A DNA stretch of 64,000 bases, from assembly GCF_004010195.1 (NCBI RefSeq), contig NC_057750.1, positions 11,383,122 to 11,447,121 of the forward strand, read 5' to 3'. The DNA comes from Chiloscyllium plagiosum. Lineage: Eukaryota. How positions within the stretch are numbered: the stretch's first letter is position 1; each line of letters begins with the position of its first letter. Both the position numbers and the translations under genes were made by a program. The notes beneath the pieces are model-generated. The model saw only the letters and a program-made list of their open reading frames with translations, was not told where the DNA came from and ran no database searches. This document shows, piece by piece, positions 50,542 to 62,826 of the stretch.

Positions 50542-50980
50542 GTGAGGGCTACTGCTGAATAGTTTTATGATTTAATTTGATAACTTCGATAATTTGTAAT
50601 GCAATGACAGAAGTGTGTTGTAATTGACAATCCTTGACTCATTGTTCGAGGAAGGCCTCCTCCATGATTTCAACCAACTCAGTTCTCAAAGTCAATGTAC
50701 AGTTAATAGTCATTCACCACAGGTGTGTGTGTCATGCAAATTTCTAATTTATAAAATGGAAACAGTTCAAAACAAAAGATACTGTTCCGTCAAAGCTAAT
50801 TAATTCAGTTAATGTGCAATCTGTCTGACTGATACATTTAGTCAACAAATACTTGCTGATCCTGAAAGGGAATCAAGTTAGAGTATTGGCTGTTTTTCCT
50901 CATCTTTGGTTTCAAAAGTGATCTGTTCTTCTCTCTGAGAGAGATTATATTATGCATTTCTAAATGCTCTAATACTTCCT

Positions 50981-51170
50981 TACCAGAGGAAGTGGTGGAA
51001 GCTGGTACAACTGCAACATTTAAAAGGCATTTGGATGGGTATATGAATAGGAAGGGTTTGGAGGGATATAGGCCGGATGCTGGCAGGTGGGATTTGATTG
51101 GGTTGGGATATCTGGTCGGCATGGACGGGTTGGACTGAAGGGTCTGTTTCGATGCTGTACATCTCTGACA
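50981..51170 (+). mobile_element. Short CR1 3'-terminal fragment
   Basis: Matches the CR1 tail at about 26065-26255. Confidence 0.85.
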
Positions 51171-52529
51171 TCCTTTGCAACATTTCCCAATGATAGATAT
51201 TAAACTAACTGGCCAATCGTTAGTATTTTTGTCTCTCATTTTGAATAAGGGTATTGTATTGGCAGTTTTCTAGTCTCTGGAATTTTTTTCAGAATCTAAG
51301 GATTCTGAGAAGATCACTACCTATGGTACATTAGCCCTGTAACTGTATCCATTAAGATCCGAGGATCTTATCACCCTTTAGTGCCATTAGTTTTCCTAGT
51401 ACATTTTCTCAAGTGATTTTTGGGAGGTTGAGTTTTATAGAGGTCTGAGCAACATGGGCTGCAGCAAGATTTGTGACAGAGGATGAGAGGTCCAGTGAGG
51501 CCAGTCTCGATATTGGGGACATCTTGCTCTATTTTATATGCTTTGAACAAGCAATGCAATGAGTTTATCGCTAGGCAGCACCCAGATGCTAATTGAGGGG
51601 ATTGTAAAACACTTTGCTAACTGCCCAACCACTTATTAATCTTAAGCTTCCCATTTGAAAAACCACATCAAACAAGCCAGATGCTGAGAAAACTCGACAT
51701 GGAAATCAGAGCAGGTACCTGATGAATTCCACTTGATTGTTCCTCTGATGCCAGGTGTCCAGCTGGAGATCCTTCGATGTACTCCATGGGCACCAGCTAC
51801 ACATACCCTATAGCCACAGACATTGGCATTGATACGTGCCAACCTCTAAGAATATTCATTGCACATCTTCAATCCACTGCAGGTTGCTTCTGCACCTCAA
51901 TGCACTGGCAATTATAACTGTAATACTGCTCAGGGACACTTTGCTCATGGACTGGACCAGGCTGTATCTCCAGCCTGTTCTCTTGCTTTCAAAGTGCTCA
52001 TTAATTCTGAGCCTATATGGATGTGCACAACATCCTTGCCTTGGACTTTACCACTTCAGCCAGAGATACCAGGCTTGTATTAGTTTCTCCTTGCCCATGC
52101 CATTTAATGCAGAAGCTTGTGATGGTTGACAGCAGCCTCGAGTCAGGGAGATAGCCATCAAACTGAGACAAAAGTACTGAGAACCTTAGTATGTCTGACA
52201 GTGTCTGTAGAGAGAAGTGTAGTTAATGTTTCGGGTCCACTATGACAATAGGCTTTTAAAGATGGCACAGTCTCGGGGATGCTGGTGAATTCCATGATAT
52301 TCGCTGGGTGGTATGTTGTTCTCAGAATGGTACATACAATCGAGCTGGAATTGGACGAGGGGGATGCCATGCAGCAGGTACTTGAGGTGTTTGGTAAGAC
52401 ACAGTAAAAAGCTTATAGGCCTTGCAGCAAGACTCCCTCCAAAAACTTTAACGCAGCTCATACGTGGCCAAAAATGTGAAAGGTTCAAGCCATTGTGTTT
52501 ATTCTCTTCCCACCTTTGGCCCCTTGTTT

Positions 52530-53710
52530 AGAACATAGAACTTTACACAGCAGTACAAGCCCTTTGGCTCTCGATGTTGCACTGACCTGTGAAACCAGTC
52601 TGAAGCCCATCTAACCTACACTATTCCATATGTTTATCCAATGACCATTTAAATGCCCTTAGAGTTAGCGAGTCTACTACTGTTGTAGTCAGTGCATTCC
52701 ACACCCCTTCTACTCTCTGAGTAAAGAAACTACCTCTGACAACTGTCCTGCATCTGTCACCCCTCAATTAAAAGCTATGCCCCCTCATGCTAGCCATCAC
52801 CATCTGATGAGAAAGGCTCTCACTGTCCAACTATCTAACCCTCTGGTTATCTTACATGCCTCAATTAAGTCACCTGTCGAGAGTATGGTGCTGGAAAAGC
52901 ACAGCAGATCAGGCAGGAGCAGGAGAATCCAGCTCAGCACCATCCTCATGACTTTTCCCATCTGTCAATCTTCCTTCCCACCTGTCAATCTTCCTTCCCA
53001 CCTATCTGCTCCACCCTCCTCTCCAACCTATCACCTTCACCCCCACCTCCATCTACCTATTGCACTCTCAGTTACTCCACGCTCTCCCCCCCCCCAGCCC
53101 CCCCTCCCTCCCCTTTATCTCTCCCCCCCCAAGCCCCACCTCCCTCCCATTTATCTCTCCACCCCCGAGGCTCCCAGCCTCATTCCTGACGAAGAGCTTT
53201 TGCCTGAAACATTGATTTTCCTGCTCCTCAGATGTTGTCTGACCTGCTGTGTTTTTCCAGCACTACACTCAACTCTGATCTCCAGCATCTGCAGTCCCCA
53301 CTTTCTCCTCATCAATGAAGTCACCTCTCTACCTTCTTCTCTCTAACAAAAACAGCCTCGAGTTCCACAGCCTTTCCTTGTAAGACCATTCCCCCATACC
53401 AGACAACATCCTAGTAAATCTCTCCTGAACCCTTTCCAAAGCTTCCACATCCTTCCTATAATGAGGTGACCAGAACTGCACGCAATACTCCAAGTGCAGC
53501 CACACCAAAGCTTTGTACAGCTGCAGCATGACCTCATGGTTCCAAAACTCAATCCCTCTACCAATAAAAGCTAACACACGTACACCTTCTTAACAACCTT
53601 ATCAACCTGGGTGGCAACTTTCAGGCATCTGTGTACATGGACACCGAGATCCCTCTGTTCATCTGCACTACCAAGAATCTTACCATTACCCCAGTACTCT
53701 GAATTCCTAT
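52530..53710 (-). mobile_element. CR1 LINE 3' portion interrupted by a PLE insertion
   Basis: ORF 53329..53577 MLAFIGRGIEF..LYKALVWLHLEYCVQFWSPHYRKD..LERVQERFTRML. Confidence 0.85.
52876..53311 (+). mobile_element. PLE terminal-repeat insertion with inverted 5' segment, 15-bp TSD and degenerate hammerhead
   Basis: tcaat(t/g)aagtcacct at 52861-52875 and 53312-53326; CTGACGA-AGAGC TTTT GCCT-GAAAC at 53186-53210; C-rich tract. Confidence 0.8.
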
Positions 53711-53844
53711 TTACTTAATATTTTAGGAATACTATAAGTGTTTTCTAGTGTTTATTCTGCTCTTTCCTTGTTCACCATTATTATTTCCCCAGCCTTGATC
53801 TCTAAAGGGGCTGTGTTTTCTTTACCTCTTTTTTTAAAAAAACA

Positions 53845-54165
53845 TAGATTAGATTAGCTTAGCTGTAGTGTGGAAACAGGCCCTTCGGCCCAACAAGTCC
53901 ACACCGACCCTCCGAAGAGCAACCCACCCAGACCCATTCCCTTACATTTACCCCTGCACCTAACACCGCGGGCAATTTAGCACGGCCAGTTCACCTAACC
54001 TGCACATCTTTGGACTGTGGGAGGAAAAGAGTACCCAGAGGAAACCCACACAGACACTGGGAGAATATGCAAATTCCACACAGACAGTTGCCCGAGGTGG
54101 GAATTGAACCTGGGTCCCTGGCGCTGTGAGGCAGCAGTGCTAACCACTGAGCCATCATGCTGCCC
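53845..54165 (-). mobile_element. Full-length HE1-like V-SINE
   Basis: Reverse complement of the 35100 and 36838 copies, including A/B boxes. Confidence 0.9.
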
Positions 54166-54442
54166 TTTAAAGAAGCTCTTACTGTCCCTTTTAACCTTAC
54201 TTGCTAGCTTCCCTTGTAGTTTATTTGCTTCCTCCGTATTATCATTTGATTTTTTTTGGCTTTTAAAAGTTTCTGTCCTTTGGCTTGCCACTAATCTTTG
54301 CCACATTGTATGTTTTGTCTTTAGATCAGAGTCCCGACAGTGTGGAAATAGGCCTTTCTTTCATTTTGATATTGGGAAGAGAATTGAACAAAATATTATA
54401 ATTCAAGATTAATTCTAACTTCTATATTTTGTTTCGCTTTAG

Positions 54443-54490
54443 GGCTTGGAATATCTACACAATCAGGGGAAGATACACCGAGATATCAAG
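54443..54490 (+). CDS. MAP4K1: MAP4K kinase coding exon 6 (GLEYLHNQGKIHRDIK; catalytic loop)
   Basis: Acceptor gtttcgctttag|GGC, donor AAG|gtaggt; 48 nt, phase 0 to 0; intact HRDIK. Confidence 0.95.
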
Positions 54491-54584
54491 GTAGGTTATC
54501 CTGGCATCAGTTATTGTTATAGTAAATGAACTGTGGTATTGTCCAAGATATGGATAAATGTAAGGTTTTTTAATATTTATAAAC

Positions 54585-57320
54585 AGTGACAGAGTGATTG
54601 AGGTGTCAGTGGGGGAGCATTTTGGGGCAAAATTTCATAATTCTATTAGTTTTAAAATAGTTATAGAAATGGATAAAACTGATCAAAAAGTTAAAGTTCT
54701 AAACTGGAGTAAGGCTAATTTTGATTATATTAAATATGAACTTTCAAAACTTGAGAAAGGAACATTTGGGAAATGGAAAGTTTCTAAAAATGAGTAACTA
54801 GTGCAGACAGTATGTCCCTGTTCATGTGAACAGCAAGGCTGGTAGGTGTAGGGAATACTGGATAACTAGAGAAATTGAAGCTCTGGTCTCGAAATAGAAG
54901 GAGCCATATGTCAAATATAGATAACTGGGATCAAGTGAATCCCTTGATGAATATAAACGCAGTAGGAACATACTTTAGGGAGAAATTAGGATGGCAATTA
55001 GGGAACATGAAATAGCTTTAAGTAGGTTAAGGAGAATCCAAAGAGACTGTATAAGTACATTACATTAACAGCAAAAAAGTAACTAGAGAGAGAATAGGGG
55101 CCCTTACAGATCAATGTGGCCGTCAATGTTTGGAACCATATGAGATGGGTAAGATACTCAGTGAACATTTAGTTGGAGAAGGACCTGGAAGCGAGTGAAC
55201 TTGGGGAAATAGTGATTGTAAACGAGTTCAGGCAGGTGAACCTCATAGAATATGAGTTCCCTGATTGGGGCTGTTAATCTGGTCCATTCAGGGAATCCTA
55301 GGTGACAGGTAAGAACAGAACTCTCTGCCTGTTCCCCCTTCTGTGTTTACATTGAAACCCACATTTCATTGAAAAGGGTGCATGTGGTTCTACCAGTGCT
55401 CTGAGTTTTTAGGGAGAGGTGGGCACTGATGAGAATAGAGTGCCTTATTTTCCCCGCCAACTTTATTTTGATTTAGTCCCCTTATTCTCAGTGAAAAATG
55501 TAGAATAATGTTTTTGCACAATGGTGTATTTTTATTGAGTCACTACACATACTCACACAGCCACAGCTGATTCGGGGAAATGTAAACACGACTGCTGGAC
55601 CCCCTTTTGGTGCAGTGGAAGTGTGGGAGAATTTTTAAAAAACACAGGAGTCTCAGCAGAAAGAACAGGAGCATCAGAGGGAGCTAGATCAGTGTCAAGG
55701 ACCCTCTGCATGTAAATAAAGGGTGATTTGATGACGGCATGTCGGCCTGTATGGAGTTATTTCGTGATGTCTTGAAAAGAGTTCATATTATAGGTGCTGA
55801 AGGTATTAAAACTCAATGGTAGATAAATCCCCTGGACCTGATCGGGTGTTTTCCTGAGCTTTGTGGAAAGCTAGCGAAAGGATTGATGGGCCCCTTGTGT
55901 CATTGACAGCCACGGATGAGGCTCCAGAAGACTGGAGGTTGGATAATGTGGTACCTTATTTAAGAAAGGTTGTAAGGAAAAGCCAGGGAACTGTAGAGCA
56001 GTGAGCCTTATATCAGTGATGGCTAAGTTGTTGGAGGAGTCCTGAGGAACAGGATTTACATGTATTCAGAAAGGTAAGGACTGATTAGGGATAGACAACA
56101 TAGGAAATTGTGTCTCACTAACTTGATTGAGTTTATTGAAGAGGTGATAAAGAAGATTGCTAAAGGCAGGGTGGTAGACGTTGTCTATTTGGTCTTCAGC
56201 AAGGTGTTTGACAAGGTAGATTGGTTAGTAAGGTTAGATCACATGGCATCTGGGTGAGCTAGCCAGTTGGACACAAAATTGGCTTGAATGTAGGAGATGA
56301 AGGGTGGTGGTAGAAGGTTGCTTTTTGGACTGGAGGCCTGTGACAAGTGGTGTGCCACAGGATCTGTGTTGGGCTCTTTGCTTTTCATCACTTACATAAA
56401 TGACTTGGGTGTGAATAAAGAAGTTATGGTCAGCAAGGAGATGACACCAAAATAGTGGACAGTGAAGAAGGTTATCTCAGATTACAATAGAACCTTGTTC
56501 GGATAGGCTAATGGGCCAAGGAGTGGCAAATGGAGTTTACTTTAGATAAATATGATGTGTTTACACTCTGATAAGGCAGGACTTATACAAGTAATGGTAG
56601 GGCCCTGTGGACTGTTGCGCACTACAGACCTGGGGATGCAGGTGCATAGTTCCTTGAAAATTGAGTTGCAGTTACTCCAGATAGTGAAGAAGGCATTTGG
56701 CACGCTTGCCTTCATTGGTCAGAGTTTTGACTATAGGCATTGCGATGTCATGTTGCAGTTGTACGGGACATTGATGAGACCAATTTTAGAATACTGCATA
56801 CAATTCTGGTCACCCTTCTATAGGAAGGATGTTGTTAAACTTGAGAGGCTGCAGAAAAAACTTACAAGAATGTTGCTGGGCTAGAGGGCTTGAGTTATAG
56901 GAAGAGGCTGAATAGGCTGGGGTTACTTTCCCTGGCGCCTCATAGGCTGAGGGGTAATATTATAGAGGTTTATAAAATCATGAGGGGCATGGATAGGCTG
57001 AATAGTTATTGTCTTTTTCCAGGGATAAGGGAGTCCATAATTAGAAGGCATAGATTTAAGGTGAGAGGGGAAAGATTTTAAAAAGAACCTGAGGGGTAAC
57101 TTTTCCACGCAGAAAGTGATACATGTATGGAACAGGCTGCCAGATGAAGTGATGGAGATGGGTACAATAACAACATTTATAAGGCATTTGGATAAGTAGA
57201 TTAATGGGAGGGATTCAGAGGGATGTGGGCCAAATGCTGGCAAATGGGATTCGGTCAGATTGGGATGTCTGGTTGGCGCGGATGAGCTGGACTGACGGGT
57301 CTACTTGTACAACTCTGACT
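54585..57320 (+). mobile_element. Long degenerate CR1 LINE with a nested solo LTR
   Basis: ORFs 54594..54797 (VLNWSKANFD), 56552..56884 and 56890..57081; colinear with 23735-26760. Confidence 0.85.
55210..55763 (+). mobile_element. Gypsy solo LTR (opposite orientation) split by a roughly 340-bp insertion
   Basis: 55210-55318 and 55661-55763 rejoin into the reverse complement of 41786-42012; aagaacag duplicated at 55311-55318 and 55661-55668. Confidence 0.75.
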
Positions 57321-57601
57321 AATTGGGAGTTTTAAAAAAAAAATCTGCTCCACTATGTCATCTAGTGAACAGAGTATGCAATGACATCATGATATTAAAC
57401 TAACAAAATTGAGTGGGAAATATGGGCAACAAGTTACAAAGGCTGAATCTTTTCTGGCTAAGTGTCACTTCCATCAAGTTTTTGAAGGGTTTCTTGTCGG
57501 GAAAGTGAGCAAGGTCTTTCGCCATGTATTACGCATCTTGTCTCATTAACTAACTTCATTATCCCAGTGATGCCCTCTCATCTGATTCTAGCCCAATCTT
57601 A

Positions 57602-58336
57602 CAGAATCATAGACTCAAAGATATACAGCACGGAAACAGACCCTTCGGTCCAACTTGTCCATGCCGACCAGATATCCCAACTTAATCTAGTTCTATTTGC
57701 CAGCACTTGGCCCATATCCCTCCAAACCCTTCCTATTCATATACCCATCCAGATGCCTTTTAAATGTTAGTGTACCAGACTCCACCACTTCCTCTGGCAG
57801 CTCATTCCATATACTCACCACCCTCTACGTGAAAATGTTGCCCCTTAGGTCTCTTTTATATCTTTCCCCCCTCACCCTAAACCTAGGCCCTCTCGATCTG
57901 GACTCCCCCACCCCAGGGCAAAGACCTTGTCTATTTATCCTATCCATGCCCCTCATGATTTTATAAGCCTCTAAGAGGTCACCCCTCAGCCTTCAACACT
58001 CCAGGGAAAACAGCCCCAGCCTATTCAGCCTCTCCCTGTCCTCCAACCCTGGCAACATGCTTGTGAATCTTTTCTGAACCCTTTCAAGTTTCACACCATC
58101 CTTCAGATAGGAAGGAGACCAGAATTGCATGCAATATTCCAAAAGTGGCCTAATAAACATCCTGTACAGCCACAATATGACTTCCCAACTCCTATACTCA
58201 ATGCTCTGATCAATAAAGGAAAGCATACCATATGCCTTCATCACTATCCTATCTACCTGCAACTCTACTTTCAAGGAGCTATGAACCTGCACTGCAAGGT
58301 CTGTTTGTTCAGCAACACTCCCTAGGACCTTACCAT
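57602..58336 (-). mobile_element. CR1 (HER1-like) LINE 3' end
   Basis: ORF 57993..58292 MQVHSSLKVELQVDRIV..RPLLEYCMQFWSP..LERVQKRFT. Confidence 0.9.
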
Positions 58337-59019
58337 GCTTGATCTTGAATCTCTATTCCACATTTTGGTTGGAAAGAGAACCTTAGTTTATATGTGTTTA
58401 GTGAAGAGCCCATTTTTTTCATATGATTTGGAAAAGTTGACAGTGACCTGGAACTCAGTTTCTGACTGAGCATGCAGAACTGTCATTTGTATACTGGAGC
58501 TCAATGGTTGAGGTTGAAGTGATTTTGGTTTAGGATTGAAGGTGGTTTAGATTGAACAGTTTTCCAATGATTCTATAGATTATCTTCATGCATGATGCTC
58601 CTGTCTCCACTAACATCACTGAAAAGAGATCAACTGGTCACTTAACCAATCATGTGTTGGCCTGATAGGAGTCATTGGAGTTCAAGAGTTGTAGGCAGAG
58701 CACTCTGAAACATTTTTAGAATTCCATACGATGAGAAATAATACAAGGGATTAGTTACACTGACACTCATTACAATGAGAGTGAGCCATGTCCTCATTGA
58801 ATAGCGGAGCACATTTGGTGGGCCTACATCTGCTTCTTTGTCTAATGATCTGTGGATAAATTGCTGGGATAAGTTGCTATTTATCATATGATATTCCTGG
58901 AAGAACTCTTCGCTCATTGGATATCTGCCAAAAGACCAGCATTCCTGGCACGCACACCACATTTAAAAGTCCACTATATACCAGGTCTTGGCCTACTTGG
59001 TGACGGATATTCAGTCAGA

Positions 59020-59630
59020 AGACGTCAGAGAAGGGGAAGGTGGTGTCATGATTCTCTGACAGGGACATGGAGATCCTGGTGGGTAGAGTGGCCCAGAAGA
59101 GAGTGCTCCTCCTTTAGGACCAGCAGAGGAGGTTATAGTGCTCAGACTGTAGCAGCTTGGTCTGAGGTTGCCACTCCGGTCAGTACAGAGGAACCACCAG
59201 AGGATCAATAACCTTCTATGTCCTGTCAAGGTAAGTGCCACACTTCTTTCCAACACCTCACGCTCACTCTATCTCAGTTATCTATGTACCTACCTCCCAC
59301 CAAGGTTCATGTTCTGCCATCCTCACAATTCAACATCTTCCCTCACTCACTCTTGTTTCCTCTGAATCTTCTGTATTGTCTCTGCACTGCCCAGGACACC
59401 TCACTTCCTTTCAATCACCTGCACCAGTACTAACAGGTATACCAACTACTTTCATCTCACTCAATCCCTCCCCCCCTCTCTCATTCCAGGAGAAGGCAGT
59501 CCAGTAGACAGAAGAAAGAACCTGAATGTGTGGAGGTGTCAGGGTCCTCACTGCTATGAGGAGAGAATCCTATTCATTGCAGGAGATGCCCTGGATCAGT
59601 CCTGCAGTGAGGCTAACACATCCAAGTCCC
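59020..59630 (+). pseudogene. Decayed intron-containing Myb/SANT-like gene (Harbinger ORF2 / MSANTD type)
   Basis: Across stops and frameshifts: SEKGKVVS*FSDRDMEILVGRVAQKRVLL..QQRR../AQTVAAWSEVATPVS../QRINNLLCPVK, donor gtaagt at 59231, acceptor ttccag at 59489, then EKAVQ*TEERT*MCGGVRVLT/YEERILFIAG. Confidence 0.65.
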
Positions 59631-59827
59631 GCAAAACAGATAAATATCATTCTTCATTCTACTGCAGTTCTCACATTAACCCCATGATTGGTGTCATTCA
59701 TTGCACAACGGTTCTAGCCACTTGCCATGACACAACCTCTCCACTATATCAAGCAGGTAGCAACGGGATGAGAAATGGGCTGCACTGCTAGAAGCTATCA
59801 CCTCAACCTCTGAGAAAGAAAATATCT

Positions 59828-59932
59828 TTCTGAAGGAGGGTCACTGGACCCGAAGCGTTACCTGTGCTTTCTCCCCTCAGGTGCTGCCAGACCTGCAGAT
59901 GTTTTCCAGAAATTTCTTGTTTTGTTGTTTTC
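59828..59932 (+). mobile_element. PLE terminal repeat fragment with degenerate hammerhead
   Basis: CTGAAGGA-GGGTC ACTG GACCC-GAAGC-GTT at 59830-59859, followed by gctgccagacctgc..ttttccag; same family as 15715-15845 and about 52160-52245. Confidence 0.65.
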
Positions 59933-62520
59933 TCAGAGGTAGCATTAGCAAGGCTGCCTTCTGCATCCCCATCAGTTTAGAAGCTTTCACCTGGGTGGGA
60001 ACATCATGCTTAGAAAGAGCACAAGCCGGTGAGGTCTCAAACTTCACTGCATACAATCCTGCTGCTGACTGAGGAAGAAACAATGCAGGCTGCTGGTACT
60101 TGGAGGCCTGCTGGAGACCAGGCACATGCTCACTTCCAGACATGAGGGGACCCTTTGGTTTTAGCAATCAGAGGCTTTGTCAGTAATGACAGGCAGGAAT
60201 GTGGCAGGCAAAGATCCTCATAGCCCAGAGGCTGCAGGAGTGCAGCTATTGCTATGGGGACCCAGTTGCCTCAAGCTTGAAGTCATCTGGGTGCTTTGGA
60301 GAGCCAAGGTCCAGAAGCTTCAGGATCTGCTGAAATCGTGCACACATCTTCATTCTATTGCACCGGCCATCAGTCCTCAGGACCTAAGGTATGGCAACAG
60401 AGGGATGGGAACCTGAAGTGCACTCCAGGCAGCCCTTCCTCAAAAGAAGACAGGGTGATGCCAGGAGACACCCAGCCAGAGAAAGAAGCACAAACACGCT
60501 TCCTCAGAAAATTCCTCCCAGAGATTTCCAGAGGTAACTGAAATTAAGTGATCAGCAGTGTATGGGGCACAGAGGTTTACAGGGAGCCAATGCATTAGGA
60601 TCACTAGGGATTAGATGGCGCACACGTCTGTGTCCCATACAGTGCATGTGTTTCTGTGTAATATTCTTGCCCTCTAAAGGCCTTCACATCGATATGGTTT
60701 GCAGACCCCCTCCCTCATAAGTCAAGACACTTATCCTACTCACTCTGAGTCTGGTCAGCGCCATTTTCTTCCCCTGGGGTATACTGTCAATTTCTACCAT
60801 GATGGAAGGCGCAGTAAACACTTCTTGGCTTCTAGTCTCTGCCTCTGTGTGTTATTTCCATATGTCCTTCCTCATAGCTCTTCCCATAAACCCCATAGGA
60901 TTCACACCTCCCAGGTCACTAACTGATCCATCTACATGAACCTTCTCCTACCCATTTTTTTCCCTTAGTCCCTGGCATATGAGGTGATTGTGCTAAATGT
61001 GGAATATACTGCCTCCACTTTATAGTAAGGACATTCCTGACTGGATGACCCCCTTTTCGTATTACCCTGTTTCCTTCCATGCTTTACCATAGACCTCCTT
61101 GCAAATATGGCTGTTCCCCTTCTTTGCTGTCATCGCCCCTTCCCCCAGCCTGGACCGTCCAATCCACACAAATAAGTTCCCAAATCTCCTTTCCATGAGA
61201 ATACCTTCCCACTTAGTTTGGCTGGATGGACCCAAATGGACTGTCAACTGCCAAGCCCTTGAATAACCGAACAGACATAGACAAGAAGTGCTCAGACCCC
61301 TCATTGATGCCTACAAAGTGTCCTTGTAAAAGCCTTTCAGTGCTAGTTACTGATGCACCCTTGCAATGCAACCTATGCTTCCTAATTGTCCTTAAATGGA
61401 TCAGAGATGTATCATAAGGATCTTGAAGGTTGGCAAATATTAGATGACAATGTATGTGGATGATGTCTATGTGCAGCTCGTGCTCATTGATCTTGGCCTG
61501 ACTATTTTGCGCTGAGCAACGTGAAGGCTCTTTGAAGCCAGCACCAAACTGAAGTCACCTGCTCTAACTTTCTTATTTGAGAATTGGTGTTCCAGTTGAG
61601 TTAGACTCGAGATCTCTCTCCTTGCTCTGCTCCTGAGAGTGGAAGGAAATGGCAAACCACCACTAATAAAAACTGCCAAAAAAAATTGTTGAAGAGGAAA
61701 CATCAGTAGACAGTAAGTTGGGACCTGCCTTTGGTTAGAGCACATGCAATATGTTATGGTGATAAGCTTCATTAGTTCAGACACTGCATTCCAAATTGTA
61801 AACTGGTGATAAACTCCTGGTAATGTTCACTAAATGCAGTAGTTCAGTCAACTATATGCAGTACTTAGAACATTTAGGTGATGGGAGGCGTAGTTAATAT
61901 AGTCAGTTATTATTATTTTGATTGGTACAGTATAAAAAATGCATGACATGGATATGTTACATGTAATATACAGCACACATTGTAGGGTATGATTTATCTC
62001 ATGTTCTACATGCAGTTTGGTTAATGTAAACTGGATATGGTGTACCTTTTATACCTTACATGGTATGATTAATATACACAGAGTGTTGCAGTTCTCCAGC
62101 ATTCATTAGTGCTAAGTCTGGCAATGTTACTCCAAATACTTCAAACTGAAATAAATGGCATTATTTATGACAAACCTAGAGGCTTCCAATAAGTTTCCAT
62201 CTTTTATATGTTTTCACCTACCTTGACTTGGATGACAACATTGATTGTGATTCTGAAAGTTATTGACTGGATGTCCTTTTGAGCTACTCCTTTCTCCATC
62301 AATGTAACTACACTCAGTCCTCATTACTCACAAGGGATGGGGCTCAGACTTTCTACAGATAATAAATAATTAAAACATGAATACATTTAAGTGGTGTTTA
62401 AGGCGCTTTGGGCATATAAGGGGCTTTTAGATTTGGGTGTTCAAGTGTCTTTTAGACACACGCAAGCAAAGATATGGACACGCATGGATATGGACTATGG
62501 ACAGGCAGAAAGTGTGGAAA

Positions 62521-62826
62521 CTTAGAGTGTGGAAATAGGCCCTTCGGCCCAACAAGTCCACACCGACCCACTGAAGTGCGCCCACCCAGACCCATTCCCC
62601 TACGTTTACCCCTGCACCTAACACTACGGGCAATTTAGCATGGCTAATTCAACTAACCTGCACATTTTTGGACTGTGGGAGGAAACCGGAGCACCCGGAG
62701 GAAACCCACGCAGACACTGGGAGAATGTGCAAACTCCACACAGACAGTCACCTGAGGCGGGAATTGAATCCGGGTCTCTGGCGCGATGAGGCAGCAGTGC
62801 TAACCACTGTGCCACCGTGCTGCCCA
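62521..62826 (-). mobile_element. Full-length HE1-like V-SINE
   Basis: Reverse complement of the 36838 copy. Confidence 0.9.

Noticed and set aside
51440..52520. Possible decayed DNA-transposon coding region
   Set aside because: Composition suggests old repeat sequence, but I could not recover any diagnostic motif or termini.
52777..53346. 189-aa proline-rich ORF
   Set aside because: Chance reading of a C-rich PLE tract inserted in an antisense CR1.
61460..61700. RTE/BovB-like motif ggaaggaaatggcaaaccac
   Set aside because: Only a short motif; not enough to define an element or argue horizontal transfer.
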